This document shows positions 43,635 to 52,997 of a stretch of 64,000 nt of DNA, piece by piece (within the stretch, counting starts at the first letter, position 1; each line of letters starts with the position of its first letter). The stretch comes from an uncultured candidatus Porisulfidus sp. (lineage in GTDB: Bacteria > Pseudomonadota > Gammaproteobacteria > Poriferisulfidales > Poriferisulfidaceae): the NCBI GenBank assembly GCA_965204575.1, contig OZ241993.1:1152001-1216000 (forward strand), read 5' to 3'. Under the pieces are notes generated by a model. The model saw nothing but the letters and a program-made list of their open reading frames with translations, did not search any database and was not told the DNA's origin. A program made the translations under genes and the position numbers.

Positions 43635-44374
43635 CCCTGCTGCTGGACCTCGGCCATACCCGCGCCAAGCTGGGCGAGGAGCGGGAGGGGCAGATCTTCC
43701 GGCTTGGGGTGGCGCCCATATCCGGCATCAGCCGGCTGCATCAGACGCTGCGCGAGCGTCAGGATCATGAAGAAACCCTGTATGCGGTCTCGACCATGCA
43801 GGGCAGCGCCGGAGACGAATTGCGCAAAGGCGCCGAGGAGGCATGGGGCGGGCCGGTGTCGTGGGCCGACCCTGAGAAAGTGCGCGGTGACATCAACCTG
43901 CACTATCTGCAACCGGAGACCTTCGGGGCGGACCGGCTGCTGGCGATGCGGGCGGCGCGCGAGCGCACCCATTCATCTTTCATTGTCGTGGATGCCGGGT
44001 CGGCAATTGCCGTGGACGGGCTGACCGAGAGCAACGAGCACTGCGGCGGCTGGATCGTGCCGGGCTACCTCCGGCAGAAAGACGGCCTGGCGATGCTGCA
44101 CGCGGCCGATCAGGCGCCGCCGGTGAGCCCGCTCATCACTTCCCATACCGGCACGGCCGAGGCGGTTGAATCGGGAGTCTGGAAGCTCCTGTCCGGCGGC
44201 ATCGATTCCATGTGCGCGCGGTTGCGCGAGGATGTGCTGGGCAGGCACGCCCTGGTCATGCTGACGGGTGGCGATGCCGAGAAACTTCAGGTCTGGTGCC
44301 ATACGCCGATGATCGCAGCACCGGATCTGGTGCTGGAGGGATTGGCGCTCTGCGCTCGCGAACTCTCTGCATAG
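43631..44374 (+). CDS. coaX: Type III pantothenate kinase
   Basis: LLLDLGHTRAK, FGADR, VVDAGSA, GGWIVPG, TGGDA and LVLEGL. ATGA overlap with birA. Confidence 0.92.
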   Translation: MTLLLDLGHTRAKLGEEREGQIFRLGVAPISGISRLHQTLRERQDHEETLYAVSTMQGSAGDELRKGAEEAWGGPVSWADPEKVRGDINLHYLQPETFGADRLLAMRAARERTHSSFIVVDAGSAIAVDGLTESNEHCGGWIVPGYLRQKDGLAMLHAADQAPPVSPLITSHTGTAEAVESGVWKLLSGGIDSMCARLREDVLGRHALVMLTGGDAEKLQVWCHTPMIAAPDLVLEGLALCARELSA

Positions 44375-44469
44375 AGAAGAAATAACAGGACTGCAAATCT
44401 GGTGCCGGATTCCCGGTGCCATAAATCGCCTGCCGTAATCCCGCTTGCAGGTTACAGAACGAAATAAGG

Positions 44470-44605
44470 CGGCAACCCTCTTGCATGCCGCAGGAGTCGC
44501 AGAGGGCTGCCTTTGGGTGGCAGCCCCCCCGCCTGTCGCAGGAGTGACGGGGAGCTGCCGGTCCGACGGTTTCAGGAGTCCCTGGGATGAAAGGCTCCCT
44601 TCCCC
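44470..44605 (+). ncRNA. Candidate structured sRNA with repeated CAGGAGU (CsrA/RsmA-sponge-like)
   Basis: CAGGAGT at 44491, 44539 and 44573. GTCGC-AGGA-GTGAC hairpin at 44535-44548 and a perfect 8-bp hairpin at 44504-44526. Confidence 0.4.
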
Positions 44606-44611
44606 TGCCGG

Positions 44612-47362
44612 TCAGAAAAAGTTTTCGACGCGCAGCCCGAGCAGGGCGGTGCGCGGTTTGCTGGGCCGGGCCCCGTAGGGCTGGCGGGCGACCAGGTCTT
44701 CCTGGTCGGTCACGTTTTCCACGCGTGCGACCAGAAGGATGTTCTTGTTCAGGCGGTAGCGGCCGGCCAGGTCCACGGTGAAGGACGAATCGGTCTTCTC
44801 GAAGGCCCCGCAGGAGGCCTGCACGCAGACCTCGTCGACGTACTTGCCGCTGAGGTTGACCGACCAGTCCGTGCGCTCCAGCCCCATCGACACGCGCAGC
44901 TGGTGCTCCGGGATGTAGGGAATCGGATCGCCTTTCTCCACGTCGCCGAAGAACTCCGACTCGAAACTGGTGTCGAACTCGGTGTCGATGTAGGTGTACG
45001 ACAGCGACAGCGGCAGGTTCGTCGTCTCGCTGAGCGGCACGTCGGCCACGAACATCGTCTCCACGCCCTCGACGGTCGCGGCATCGCCGTTGAAGGCGTC
45101 GCCGACCTCGCAGTTGGCGCCGGACGAGGCGGTGCACTCGCCGAGCAGGTTCTCGTAGTCGCTGTAGAACGCGATCACCTCGCCGCGCAGGTGGGCGCCG
45201 GCGTAGCGGACCCCGAATTCATAGTTGTCGGCCTTCTCCTCTTCGACGCCGGGCGAGTTGCTCGGCGCGCTGAAGCCCTTGTGGTAGCCGCCCAGCACGG
45301 CCCAATGCCCGTCGACGTTGAACAGGACGCCCATGCCCGGCAGGAACACCGAGGTGTCGTTCTTCCGGGTGGAGCGGACATTCGCGCGGAGGTTGTCCGG
45401 TTCCGGATCCTTCCAGCGGGTCCGCTTCTGCTCGATATCCTCGTAACGGAAGCCCGGGGTGAGCACCCAGGCGCCCCATTCGATGCGGTCGTGGACGTGG
45501 ACCGAGACCGCCTCGGCCTCCTGCAGCCGGTTGCCGGCGCTCTGGTGGCCCCAGTCGCCCGCGTCGTGCAGGATGAGCCTTCCGTCCTTCTGGGTGTAGG
45601 CGTCGATGCGCTGGATGCGGTCTTCCTCGTCTTCGTGGTAGCGCAGGCCGACCTCCACGTCGTGGCGGGCGCCGCCCAGCTCGCCTTTCCAGTCGAGACG
45701 GACCTGCACCCCGCGGGAGAAGTATTCCCGCGAGTTGTGCTTCAGCTGGATGCCGCCCTCGGCGGTGTCTTCCGTGCCGTGCAGGATGCCGGCCAGCCGC
45801 TCCGTGGAGAAGTAGTCGTGGAACTGCCGGTTGGCCTCGTCGTCGTCGAGGACCTGTGCCTTGAACGCGGCCAGGAATTCGTCCGTCTTGGCCTCCAGGG
45901 CCGTGTCGTAAGCCATTCTGGCCGCCAGGTTGGTCGCCTCGCCGGCCTGGCCGTCTTCCTCGAACGCCACCAGCCCCATCAGTTCGCTCCGGATCCGGGC
46001 TTCGACGGTGTCCCCGGTTTCGAGCTTGCCGGAGCAGGCGGTCTCGTCCGCGCCGGCCACGGTGCTTTTCGCGGTGCCGTGGTACCCGACGCGGTCCGCC
46101 TTGAAGTTGTCCGCCGCGCTGACCTGGTCGAAGGCGGCTTGGTCCGCGTTCGTGAAGGCGTTCAGGGGGTCCAGTTCCCCTTCTTCCGGTGCTTCGCGGA
46201 AATCCCCCACGCCCAGTTCGTCTAGGTTCAGGGCGCGGGACAGGCATCGGCCCTGTTCCCGGTTGACGGTATTGATGACGGAGGACCAGCTGTCCTTGCT
46301 GAACGAGTTTCCGTCGTCGGTCCCGTCGAGGTCCAGGCCCTCGGTCTTGAACCAGTTCCGCGCATGCTCGTTGTTGTAGGCGGTGACGGAGACCGCCAGT
46401 GAGTCGCCGGCCTTGAACCGGTAGCGGAGGATGTGCTGGTCGTGCTGGGTCTGGATGTTGTCCAGCTGCGACAGGCCGTAGCGGCGGTAGGGGTCGGCCC
46501 GGAAGTCCGCGTCGGTCAGGCCGAGATAGCTCTGGTCGGACGACTGGTCCGCGTACTGGTACTTGAAGTCCAGCTGATGGCGCGAGTCCGGGGTCGTGTA
46601 GCGGATCTTGAACGTATGGTCCTGGATGTCGAGGCCGGTGTCGCCGCCGTCGCGGTCGATCTTCTGGAAGCCGTCCGAGGCCCAGTCGTGGGTCTCGGCG
46701 AGGAGGCCGACGCCGCGGTCCGAGGTGAAGCCCGCGTACGCGTGCAGGCGATGGTCGGAGTGGCCGCCGCTCTCGATCAGGAGGCCGCCGCCCATGTCGC
46801 GCGGGATCGGCGTGGAGATCATGTTCAGGGCGCCGCCGATGGTGTACGGCCCCTGGGTGATCGCGGCCGGGCCTTTCAGCACTTCGAAGGCGTGCATGCG
46901 CCCGGCGGTCGGGAAGTAGTAGGCGGACGGCGCGGAGTAGGGTGCCGGCGCGATCAGCACGCCGTCTTCCATCAGCGTGATGCGGCTGCTGCGCTCGGTC
47001 GGGGTGCCGCGGATGCTGAGGTTGGGGCGCAGCCCGTAGCCATCCTCGAGCTGGACCGAGACGCCCGGGACTTCGCGGACGATGTCCTGGATGTCGGAAT
47101 AGTTGAACTTCAGCAGTTCCTCGGGCCCGACGAAGTGGGCCGACCCGGTGGTTTCGTAAGCTTCCTGGTAACCGCCGACAATGATAACTTCACGGTCGAT
47201 TTCCGAGGGGGGTTCCTCCGCGGGCACGGCAGCGCAGAGGAGCAGCGCGAGGCTCCCACACAGGTGACCCGCGCGACGAATGCCGGGCATTCCTCTTGAT
47301 TTTCCAAGTTTTTCGTGTCCATTTGTCTCCATGATCGAGTTGCTCCGGCCCTGCGGCGGCAA
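44612..47362 (-). CDS. TonB-dependent receptor (FecA-like) with a large internal insertion
   Basis: Plug motifs EDGYGLRPNLSIRG, RITLMEDG and EVLKGP, and a C-terminal Phe. The start may lie at a downstream Met. Confidence 0.93.
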   Translation of the reverse strand: MPPQGRSNSIMETNGHEKLGKSRGMPGIRRAGHLCGSLALLLCAAVPAEEPPSEIDREVIIVGGYQEAYETTGSAHFVGPEELLKFNYSDIQDIVREVPGVSVQLEDGYGLRPNLSIRGTPTERSSRITLMEDGVLIAPAPYSAPSAYYFPTAGRMHAFEVLKGPAAITQGPYTIGGALNMISTPIPRDMGGGLLIESGGHSDHRLHAYAGFTSDRGVGLLAETHDWASDGFQKIDRDGGDTGLDIQDHTFKIRYTTPDSRHQLDFKYQYADQSSDQSYLGLTDADFRADPYRRYGLSQLDNIQTQHDQHILRYRFKAGDSLAVSVTAYNNEHARNWFKTEGLDLDGTDDGNSFSKDSWSSVINTVNREQGRCLSRALNLDELGVGDFREAPEEGELDPLNAFTNADQAAFDQVSAADNFKADRVGYHGTAKSTVAGADETACSGKLETGDTVEARIRSELMGLVAFEEDGQAGEATNLAARMAYDTALEAKTDEFLAAFKAQVLDDDEANRQFHDYFSTERLAGILHGTEDTAEGGIQLKHNSREYFSRGVQVRLDWKGELGGARHDVEVGLRYHEDEEDRIQRIDAYTQKDGRLILHDAGDWGHQSAGNRLQEAEAVSVHVHDRIEWGAWVLTPGFRYEDIEQKRTRWKDPEPDNLRANVRSTRKNDTSVFLPGMGVLFNVDGHWAVLGGYHKGFSAPSNSPGVEEEKADNYEFGVRYAGAHLRGEVIAFYSDYENLLGECTASSGANCEVGDAFNGDAATVEGVETMFVADVPLSETTNLPLSLSYTYIDTEFDTSFESEFFGDVEKGDPIPYIPEHQLRVSMGLERTDWSVNLSGKYVDEVCVQASCGAFEKTDSSFTVDLAGRYRLNKNILLVARVENVTDQEDLVARQPYGARPSKPRTALLGLRVENFF

Positions 47363-47370
47363 CAGTATAT

Positions 47371-47406
47371 AAGAATGATTATCATTTGTAAAGCGGTTCT
47401 CATTTA
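47371..47406. promoter_or_regulatory. Fur box(es) upstream of the TonB-dependent receptor
   Basis: AATGATTATCATT palindrome at 47374-47386 and a weaker GGTTCTCATTT site. Confidence 0.8.
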
Positions 47407-47424
47407 GGATGGAGAAAGGTCCGG

Positions 47425-47442
47425 CCCCCCCCCCCCCCCCCC
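47425..47442. repeat. C18 homopolymer (G18 on the minus strand)
   Basis: Counted directly in the sequence. Confidence 0.9.
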
Positions 47443-47550
47443 GAAAGGTGCGGGAAGCCCCCGCGGTCGCGGCGGTGCCATAATGGCGACACGCTGCGCG
47501 GTTGCCTGCGAACGGTTCGAAGCCGGAGCCGGCCCCCCTGCCGGAAAGCC

Positions 47551-48501
47551 TTGATGAACCGACGTTCCGCCCCGAACCCCGAAGCCCCGTCTCCGCCGTC
47601 GCTGGACATCCACTTCGGGGACAACCTCTCCATCCTGCGCGGATTCGCAGAGGAGTCGTTCCACCTGATCTACATCGACCCGCCGTTCAACACGGGAAAG
47701 ACCCAGTCGCGCTCGCGCCTGAGGACGACCCGGGACGCCGGCGGCGACCGCACGGGCTTCCAGGGTCGGAAATACAAGACCACCCGGCTCGGCAGCCTGG
47801 AGTTCCCGGACGCCTTCCCCGACTATCTCGGCTTCCTCGGGCCGAGGCTGCAGGAGGCGCACCGGCTCCTGCACCCGGCCGGTTCGCTGTTCTTTCACGT
47901 CGACTACCGGGAAGTCCACTACTGCAAGGTCCTGCTGGACCGGATCTTCGGGCGGGGCTCCTTCATCAACGAGATCATCTGGTCGTACGACTACGGGGCG
48001 CGGTCCCGGAAGCGCTGGTCGCCCAAGCACGACAACATCCTCTGGTACGCGAAAAACCCCAAGGACTACACGTACCGGTACGAAGACATCGACCGCATTC
48101 CCTACATGGCCCCCGCTCTGGTGGGTCCGGAGAAGGCCGCCCGGGGCAAGACGCCGACCGACACCTGGTGGCAGACGGTCGTCAGCCCGACCGGAAAGGA
48201 GAAGACGGGCTACCCGACGCAGAAGCCGCTGGCGGTCCTGGAGCGGATCGTGAAGGTTCACTCCAATCCCGGGGACCGGGTGCTTGACTTCTTCGCGGGC
48301 AGCGGGACCACGGGGGAGGCCGCGGTGCGGGCGGGCCGCAGCGCAGTGCTCATCGACAGCCATCCCGACGCGGTTCGGGTCATGAGAAAGCGGCTCGCAT
48401 TCGCCAAACCGGCCCTGCACGGCATGAAACAGGCCTCTTCGCGAAAGCCGCCGAAACACCCCTCTGGACGGGATGAACGGGGGGCACCCGGCAGGCCCTG
48501 A
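47551..48501 (+). CDS. Orphan site-specific DNA methyltransferase (beta class, N6A/N4C)
   Basis: YIDPPF precedes YPTQKP and LDFFAGSGTTG. Confidence 0.92.
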   Translation: MMNRRSAPNPEAPSPPSLDIHFGDNLSILRGFAEESFHLIYIDPPFNTGKTQSRSRLRTTRDAGGDRTGFQGRKYKTTRLGSLEFPDAFPDYLGFLGPRLQEAHRLLHPAGSLFFHVDYREVHYCKVLLDRIFGRGSFINEIIWSYDYGARSRKRWSPKHDNILWYAKNPKDYTYRYEDIDRIPYMAPALVGPEKAARGKTPTDTWWQTVVSPTGKEKTGYPTQKPLAVLERIVKVHSNPGDRVLDFFAGSGTTGEAAVRAGRSAVLIDSHPDAVRVMRKRLAFAKPALHGMKQASSRKPPKHPSGRDERGAPGRP

Positions 48502-48537
48502 CCGCCCGGTCGGGCTAAGGCGGGTGGGGTATAATGG

Positions 48538-48577
48538 CACCCCGAAAACGCATCCCGTTTCGGGGTTGCGTTTTTTT
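48538..48577 (+). terminator. Probable intrinsic terminator after the methyltransferase
   Basis: CCCCGAAAACG/CGTTTCGGGG stem followed by a T run. Confidence 0.65.
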
Positions 48578-48617
48578 GATTGACTGAAACGCCGAACAAC
48601 AGCCGAAATCTCCCAGC

Positions 48618-49772
48618 ATGAAAATCGGGATCCCGAAAGAAATCCGCCCGGGCGAGAACCGGGTCGCAATTTCCCCTGACGCGATCAAGAAACTGACCGG
48701 CATGGGGGTGGAAGTCGTGGTGGAGGCCGGTTGCGGAACCGGCTCCTGCGTCACCGACCAGGAATACCGGGAAGCCGGTGCCAGCGTGGCGCCGAATGCC
48801 GCCGCCGTCCTCGGCGACGCGGACCTGGTGTTCAAGATCCAACGGCCGATGACGGCCGATGAGGGGACAGACGAGATCACCCTGATGAAAGAAGGCGCGA
48901 TCCTGGTCGGCCACCTGGCCACCCTCTCCAACCCCGACGCCTCTTCCGGCTACAACGCACGCAAGCTCACCACCTTTGCCATGGACCTGATGCCGCGCAT
49001 CAGCCGCGCGCAGTCCATGGACGTACTCTCCTCGCAGAGCAACCTGGCCGGCTACAAGGCGGTCGTGGATGCCGCGACCGAGCACGTCAGCGCCTTCCCG
49101 ATGATGATGACCGCGGCCGGCACCGTGGCGCCCGCGCGCGTGTTCGTGATGGGCGTCGGCGTGGCGGGCCTGCAGGCCATCGCCACCGCCAAGCGCCTCG
49201 GCGCGGTGGTCACCGCCTACGACGTGCGCCCCGCCACCCGCGAGCAGGTCGAGAGCCTCGGCGGCAAGTTCCTGATCGTGGACGAGGAAGCGATGAAGGA
49301 TGCCGAGACCGCCGGCGGCTACGCCAAGGAGATGACGGAAGAGTACAAGCAGAAAGAGCGCCAGGTCCTCGCCGACCACGTCAGCGGCCAGGACATCGTC
49401 ATCACGACCGCGCTCATCCCGGGCCGTCCGGCGCCGGTGCTGGTGACCCGCGAGATGGTCGAATCGATGAAGCCGGGCTCGGTGATCGTCGACCTGGCGG
49501 TCGAGACCGGCGGCAACTGCGAATGCGCCGAACGCGGCGTCGTGGCCGAGCACCAGGGCGTGTGCATCATCGGCTACGACAACATGCCGGCGCGGCTCGC
49601 GCGCGATGCGAGCAACCTGTTCGCCAAGAACATTCTTAATTTCCTGACCCCGCACATCGACGCGGAGAACGGCGCCCTCAACCTCGACTGGGAGGACGAG
49701 ACGGTCGCCGAAACCGTGGTGACGCGCGATGGCGAGGTCGTCAATGCCCGGATCAAGGAGTTGATGTCATGA
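48618..49772 (+). CDS. pntA: NAD(P) transhydrogenase alpha-1 subunit
   Basis: [26 protein letters not shown] and GGYAKE. Confidence 0.96.
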   Translation: MKIGIPKEIRPGENRVAISPDAIKKLTGMGVEVVVEAGCGTGSCVTDQEYREAGASVAPNAAAVLGDADLVFKIQRPMTADEGTDEITLMKEGAILVGHLATLSNPDASSGYNARKLTTFAMDLMPRISRAQSMDVLSSQSNLAGYKAVVDAATEHVSAFPMMMTAAGTVAPARVFVMGVGVAGLQAIATAKRLGAVVTAYDVRPATREQVESLGGKFLIVDEEAMKDAETAGGYAKEMTEEYKQKERQVLADHVSGQDIVITTALIPGRPAPVLVTREMVESMKPGSVIVDLAVETGGNCECAERGVVAEHQGVCIIGYDNMPARLARDASNLFAKNILNFLTPHIDAENGALNLDWEDETVAETVVTRDGEVVNARIKELMS

Positions 49773-50164
49773 TGCTCGACGCCACCGTTTTCACCCAGGG
49801 CCTGGTCCAGGTCTCGGAAATCGCGAGCCTCGCGATGTCCGCAACCGGCGTGGACGCCGGTGCGGCCGGGAACACCTCGTTCCTGAACCTGTTCACCGTC
49901 TTCGTGCTGGCCTGCTTCGTCGGCTTCTACGTGGTCTGGAGCGTGACTCCGGCGCTGCATTCGCCGCTGCTGGCGGTCACCAACGCCATTTCCTCCGTCA
50001 TCATCGTCGGCGGCCTGTTGGCCGCGGGCCCGGCGGCCGAGTTGGCGGACATCGACCTCTCCAGCCTGATGGGCTTCCTCGCCGTCACGCTGGCCTCGGT
50101 CAACATCTTCGGCGGGTTCCTGGTGACCCAGCGGATGCTGGCCATGTTCAAGAAGAAGAAATAA
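49769..50164 (+). CDS. pntA: NAD(P) transhydrogenase alpha-2 subunit
   Basis: [17 protein letters not shown] and [16 protein letters not shown]. Confidence 0.95.
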   Translation: MMLDATVFTQGLVQVSEIASLAMSATGVDAGAAGNTSFLNLFTVFVLACFVGFYVVWSVTPALHSPLLAVTNAISSVIIVGGLLAAGPAAELADIDLSSLMGFLAVTLASVNIFGGFLVTQRMLAMFKKKK

Positions 50165-50179
50165 GGCGGGGGAATTGAA

Positions 50180-51571
50180 ATGAGCGCAAGCTGGACCGGA
50201 TTCGCCTACCTCGTCGCCGCCGTGTGCTTCATCATGGCGCTGCGCGGCCTGTCGTCCCCGACTTCGGCGCGCCAGGGCAACGTGATGGGCATCATCGGCA
50301 TGGTCATCGCCGTGGTGACCACGTTGCTGGACCCCGAGGTCATCAGTTACGAGATCATCCTCGCCGGCATCCTCGTCGGCGGCACGATCGGGACGCTGGT
50401 CGCGTTCCGCATCAACATGACGGCCCTGCCGCAGCTGGTGGCCGCGTTCCACTCCCTGGTCGGCATGGCCGCAGTGCTGGTGGCGATCGCCGCGTTCTAC
50501 CATCCGGAAGCCTACGGCATCGGCACCTTCGGCAACATCGGCACGGCCTCTCTGATCGAGATGAGCATCGGCGCCGCCGTCGGCGCCATCACCTTCTCCG
50601 GCTCCGTGGTGGCGTTCGCCAAGTTGCAAGGCCTGGTCAGCGGCAACCCGGTCGTGTTCCCGCTGCAGCATCCGCTGAATGCCGTGATCGGCATCGCGAT
50701 CGTCGCCCTGACCGTCGCGCTGGTCTTCGGGCAGGACCCGACCTCGTTCTGGGCCATCGTGATCCTGTCGTTCCTGATCGGTTTCCTGATCATCATCCCG
50801 ATCGGCGGCGCGGACATGCCGGTGGTGGTGTCCATGCTGAACTCCTATTCCGGCTGGGCCGCCTGCGGCATCGGCTTCACCCTGAGCAACATGGCGCTGA
50901 TCATCACCGGCGCTCTGGTCGGCTCGTCCGGTGCGATCCTGAGCTACATCATGTGCAAGGGCATGAACCGCTCCATCTTCAACGTGCTGCTCGGTGGCTT
51001 CGGCGGCGAGACGGTCGCGGCGGCGCAGCAGGCAGCAGGCAGCCGTTCGGTCAAGCAGGGCAGCGCAGACGACGCGGCCTTCATCATGAGCAACGCCAAC
51101 CAGGTGATCGTGGTGCCGGGCTACGGCATGGCCGTGGCCCAGGCGCAGCACGCGCTGCGCGAGATGGCCGACCTGCTCAAGGAGAAAGGCGTCAGCGTCA
51201 AGTACGCCATCCACCCGGTGGCCGGGCGCATGCCGGGCCACATGAACGTGCTGCTGGCGGAAGCCTCGGTGCCGTACGACGAAGTGTTCGAGCTCGAGGA
51301 AATCAACCACGAGTTCTCGACCGCCGACGTGGCGTTCGTGATCGGCGCCAACGACGTCACCAACCCGCTGGCGAAGACGGATCCGGCCAGCCCGATCTAC
51401 GGCATGCCGATCCTGGATGTCGAGAAGGCCGCCACGACCCTGTTCATCAAGCGCTCACTGGGTTCCGGCTATGCCGGCGTGGACAACGAACTGTTCTTCC
51501 GCGACAAGACCATGATGCTGTTCGGGGACGCCAAGAAGATGACCGAGGAAATCGTCCAGGCCCTCAACTAG
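50180..51571 (+). CDS. pntB: NAD(P) transhydrogenase beta subunit
   Basis: PQLVAAFHSLVG, GGADMPVVVSMLNSYSGW and HPVAGRMPGHMNV. Confidence 0.97.
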   Translation: MSASWTGFAYLVAAVCFIMALRGLSSPTSARQGNVMGIIGMVIAVVTTLLDPEVISYEIILAGILVGGTIGTLVAFRINMTALPQLVAAFHSLVGMAAVLVAIAAFYHPEAYGIGTFGNIGTASLIEMSIGAAVGAITFSGSVVAFAKLQGLVSGNPVVFPLQHPLNAVIGIAIVALTVALVFGQDPTSFWAIVILSFLIGFLIIIPIGGADMPVVVSMLNSYSGWAACGIGFTLSNMALIITGALVGSSGAILSYIMCKGMNRSIFNVLLGGFGGETVAAAQQAAGSRSVKQGSADDAAFIMSNANQVIVVPGYGMAVAQAQHALREMADLLKEKGVSVKYAIHPVAGRMPGHMNVLLAEASVPYDEVFELEEINHEFSTADVAFVIGANDVTNPLAKTDPASPIYGMPILDVEKAATTLFIKRSLGSGYAGVDNELFFRDKTMMLFGDAKKMTEEIVQALN

Positions 51572-52246
51572 TTGAGCCTGCTCGACATTCTCGACCTGCT
51601 GCGTCGGCAGCATTCCGCCCCGCTTCGAGACGGCCGCTTTGGCTGGTGGCCGGCGCGCAGCGCCTTCGAGATCATGGTCGGCGCGGTTCTCACGCAGAAC
51701 ACCGCCTGGGTCAACGTCGAGAAATCCATCGCCCGCCTGCGCGAGGCCGGGTGCCTTGACGTCGATGCGATCCTGGCCCTGTCGCCCGCGCAACTGGCCG
51801 ACCTGATCCGCTCGTCCGGCTACTACAACATCAAGCAGAAACGCCTGCGCGCCCTGTGCGAATGGTACCGGGAGCGGGGGCCGTTGCGCCGGCTGAAGCG
51901 CCGAAACACCGAAGACCTGCGCGAGGAGCTGCTGGCGGTCCACGGCGTCGGCCCGGAGACGGCGGACGACATCCTGCTGTACGCCCTTGGCCGGCCGGTG
52001 TTCGTGGTGGACGCCTACACCCGGCGGGTCTTCTCAAGGCTCGGGCGGGTGTCGTCGCGGGTCGGCTACGAGGAGCTGCGCCGGTTGTTCGAGCGGGAAC
52101 TGCCGCGCGACGCGGCGCTCTACAACGAATTCCATGCACGCATCGTGCTGCACGGCAAGCGGGTCTGCCTGGCCCGTAACCCGCACTGCGGGGAGTGCCG
52201 CCTGCGGTCCCGCTGCGTCTACGGGCAGGCGGTGGAACCTATTTGA
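51572..52246 (+). CDS. Endonuclease III-related HhH-GPD protein
   Basis: GAVLTQNTAW.NV, GVGPETAD and a C-X6-C-X2-C-X5-C cluster. Confidence 0.88.
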   Translation: MSLLDILDLLRRQHSAPLRDGRFGWWPARSAFEIMVGAVLTQNTAWVNVEKSIARLREAGCLDVDAILALSPAQLADLIRSSGYYNIKQKRLRALCEWYRERGPLRRLKRRNTEDLREELLAVHGVGPETADDILLYALGRPVFVVDAYTRRVFSRLGRVSSRVGYEELRRLFERELPRDAALYNEFHARIVLHGKRVCLARNPHCGECRLRSRCVYGQAVEPI

Positions 52247-52997
52247 GGTGGACGGTGCGGCCGGTGATGCCGCGGCTGTCCGAACCCAGGAAGTAGACGA
52301 ACGCCGGCGCGACCTGCTCCGGGGTGGAATGCGAGTTGCCGGGCTCTCCCGGGTAGTTCTGCCGGCGCAGCCGCGTCTCCACCGGCCCCGGGTCGATACC
52401 GTTGACCCGGATCGGGCGGTCGCCGTTCAGTTCCTGAGACAGGATGTCGACCAGTCCCGCAACGCCCGCTTTGGCCACGCCGTAGGCGCCCCAATAGGCG
52501 CGCCGCGATTGCTTGTCGAGCGTGAACGCGATCGCAGGGTCCTCCGCCTGGTCCAGCAGGGGCAGGCAGGCCTGGGTCAGCAGCCAGGGCCCCAGCAGGT
52601 TGACGCGTGCGAGCCGGGTCCAGTCGCTTGGCTCGAGCAGGCGCATCGGGCGCAATCCGCCGACCAGCCCGGCATTGTTCAGAAGCCCGTCCAGGCGCCC
52701 GAAATCCCGGCCGATCTGCTCGGCCACCCGTGCATAGTCGTCGATCGTCGCGCCGTTGAGGTCGAGCGGAAGGATGACGGGCTCCGGCCCGCCGGCTTCG
52801 CGGATCTGGTCGTAGGTCTGCTCCAGCCGGGGGACGTCCCGGGCCAGCAGGATCACCGTGGCGCCGGCCTTGGCGCAGGCGCAGGCGCAGGCCCGGCCGA
52901 TGCCGGAACTGGCGCCGGTGACCATCACCACGCGGTTGGCGAGGGCGTCGGGAGAAGGCGTGTATTCAGCTGGCCCCGGAGCCGTCTCAGCTGGCAT
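52239..52997 (-). CDS. yciK: YciK-family short-chain oxidoreductase
   Basis: TGASSGIG, NNAG and YWGAYGVAK, in ubiG-gph context. Confidence 0.85.
   Translation of the reverse strand: MPAETAPGPAEYTPSPDALANRVVMVTGASSGIGRACACACAKAGATVILLARDVPRLEQTYDQIREAGGPEPVILPLDLNGATIDDYARVAEQIGRDFGRLDGLLNNAGLVGGLRPMRLLEPSDWTRLARVNLLGPWLLTQACLPLLDQAEDPAIAFTLDKQSRRAYWGAYGVAKAGVAGLVDILSQELNGDRPIRVNGIDPGPVETRLRRQNYPGEPGNSHSTPEQVAPAFVYFLGSDSRGITGRTVHLK

Noticed and set aside
44380-44611. Cobalamin riboswitch, 6S or SRP RNA
   Set aside because: I could not find the B12-box, SRP loop or 6S consensus motifs, and the region is downstream, not upstream, of the receptor.
48530-48580. Attenuator in the pntA leader (TATAAT followed by alternative hairpins)
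   Set aside because: Both folds end at the same T run and no -35 is evident. A plain methyltransferase terminator is the simpler explanation.
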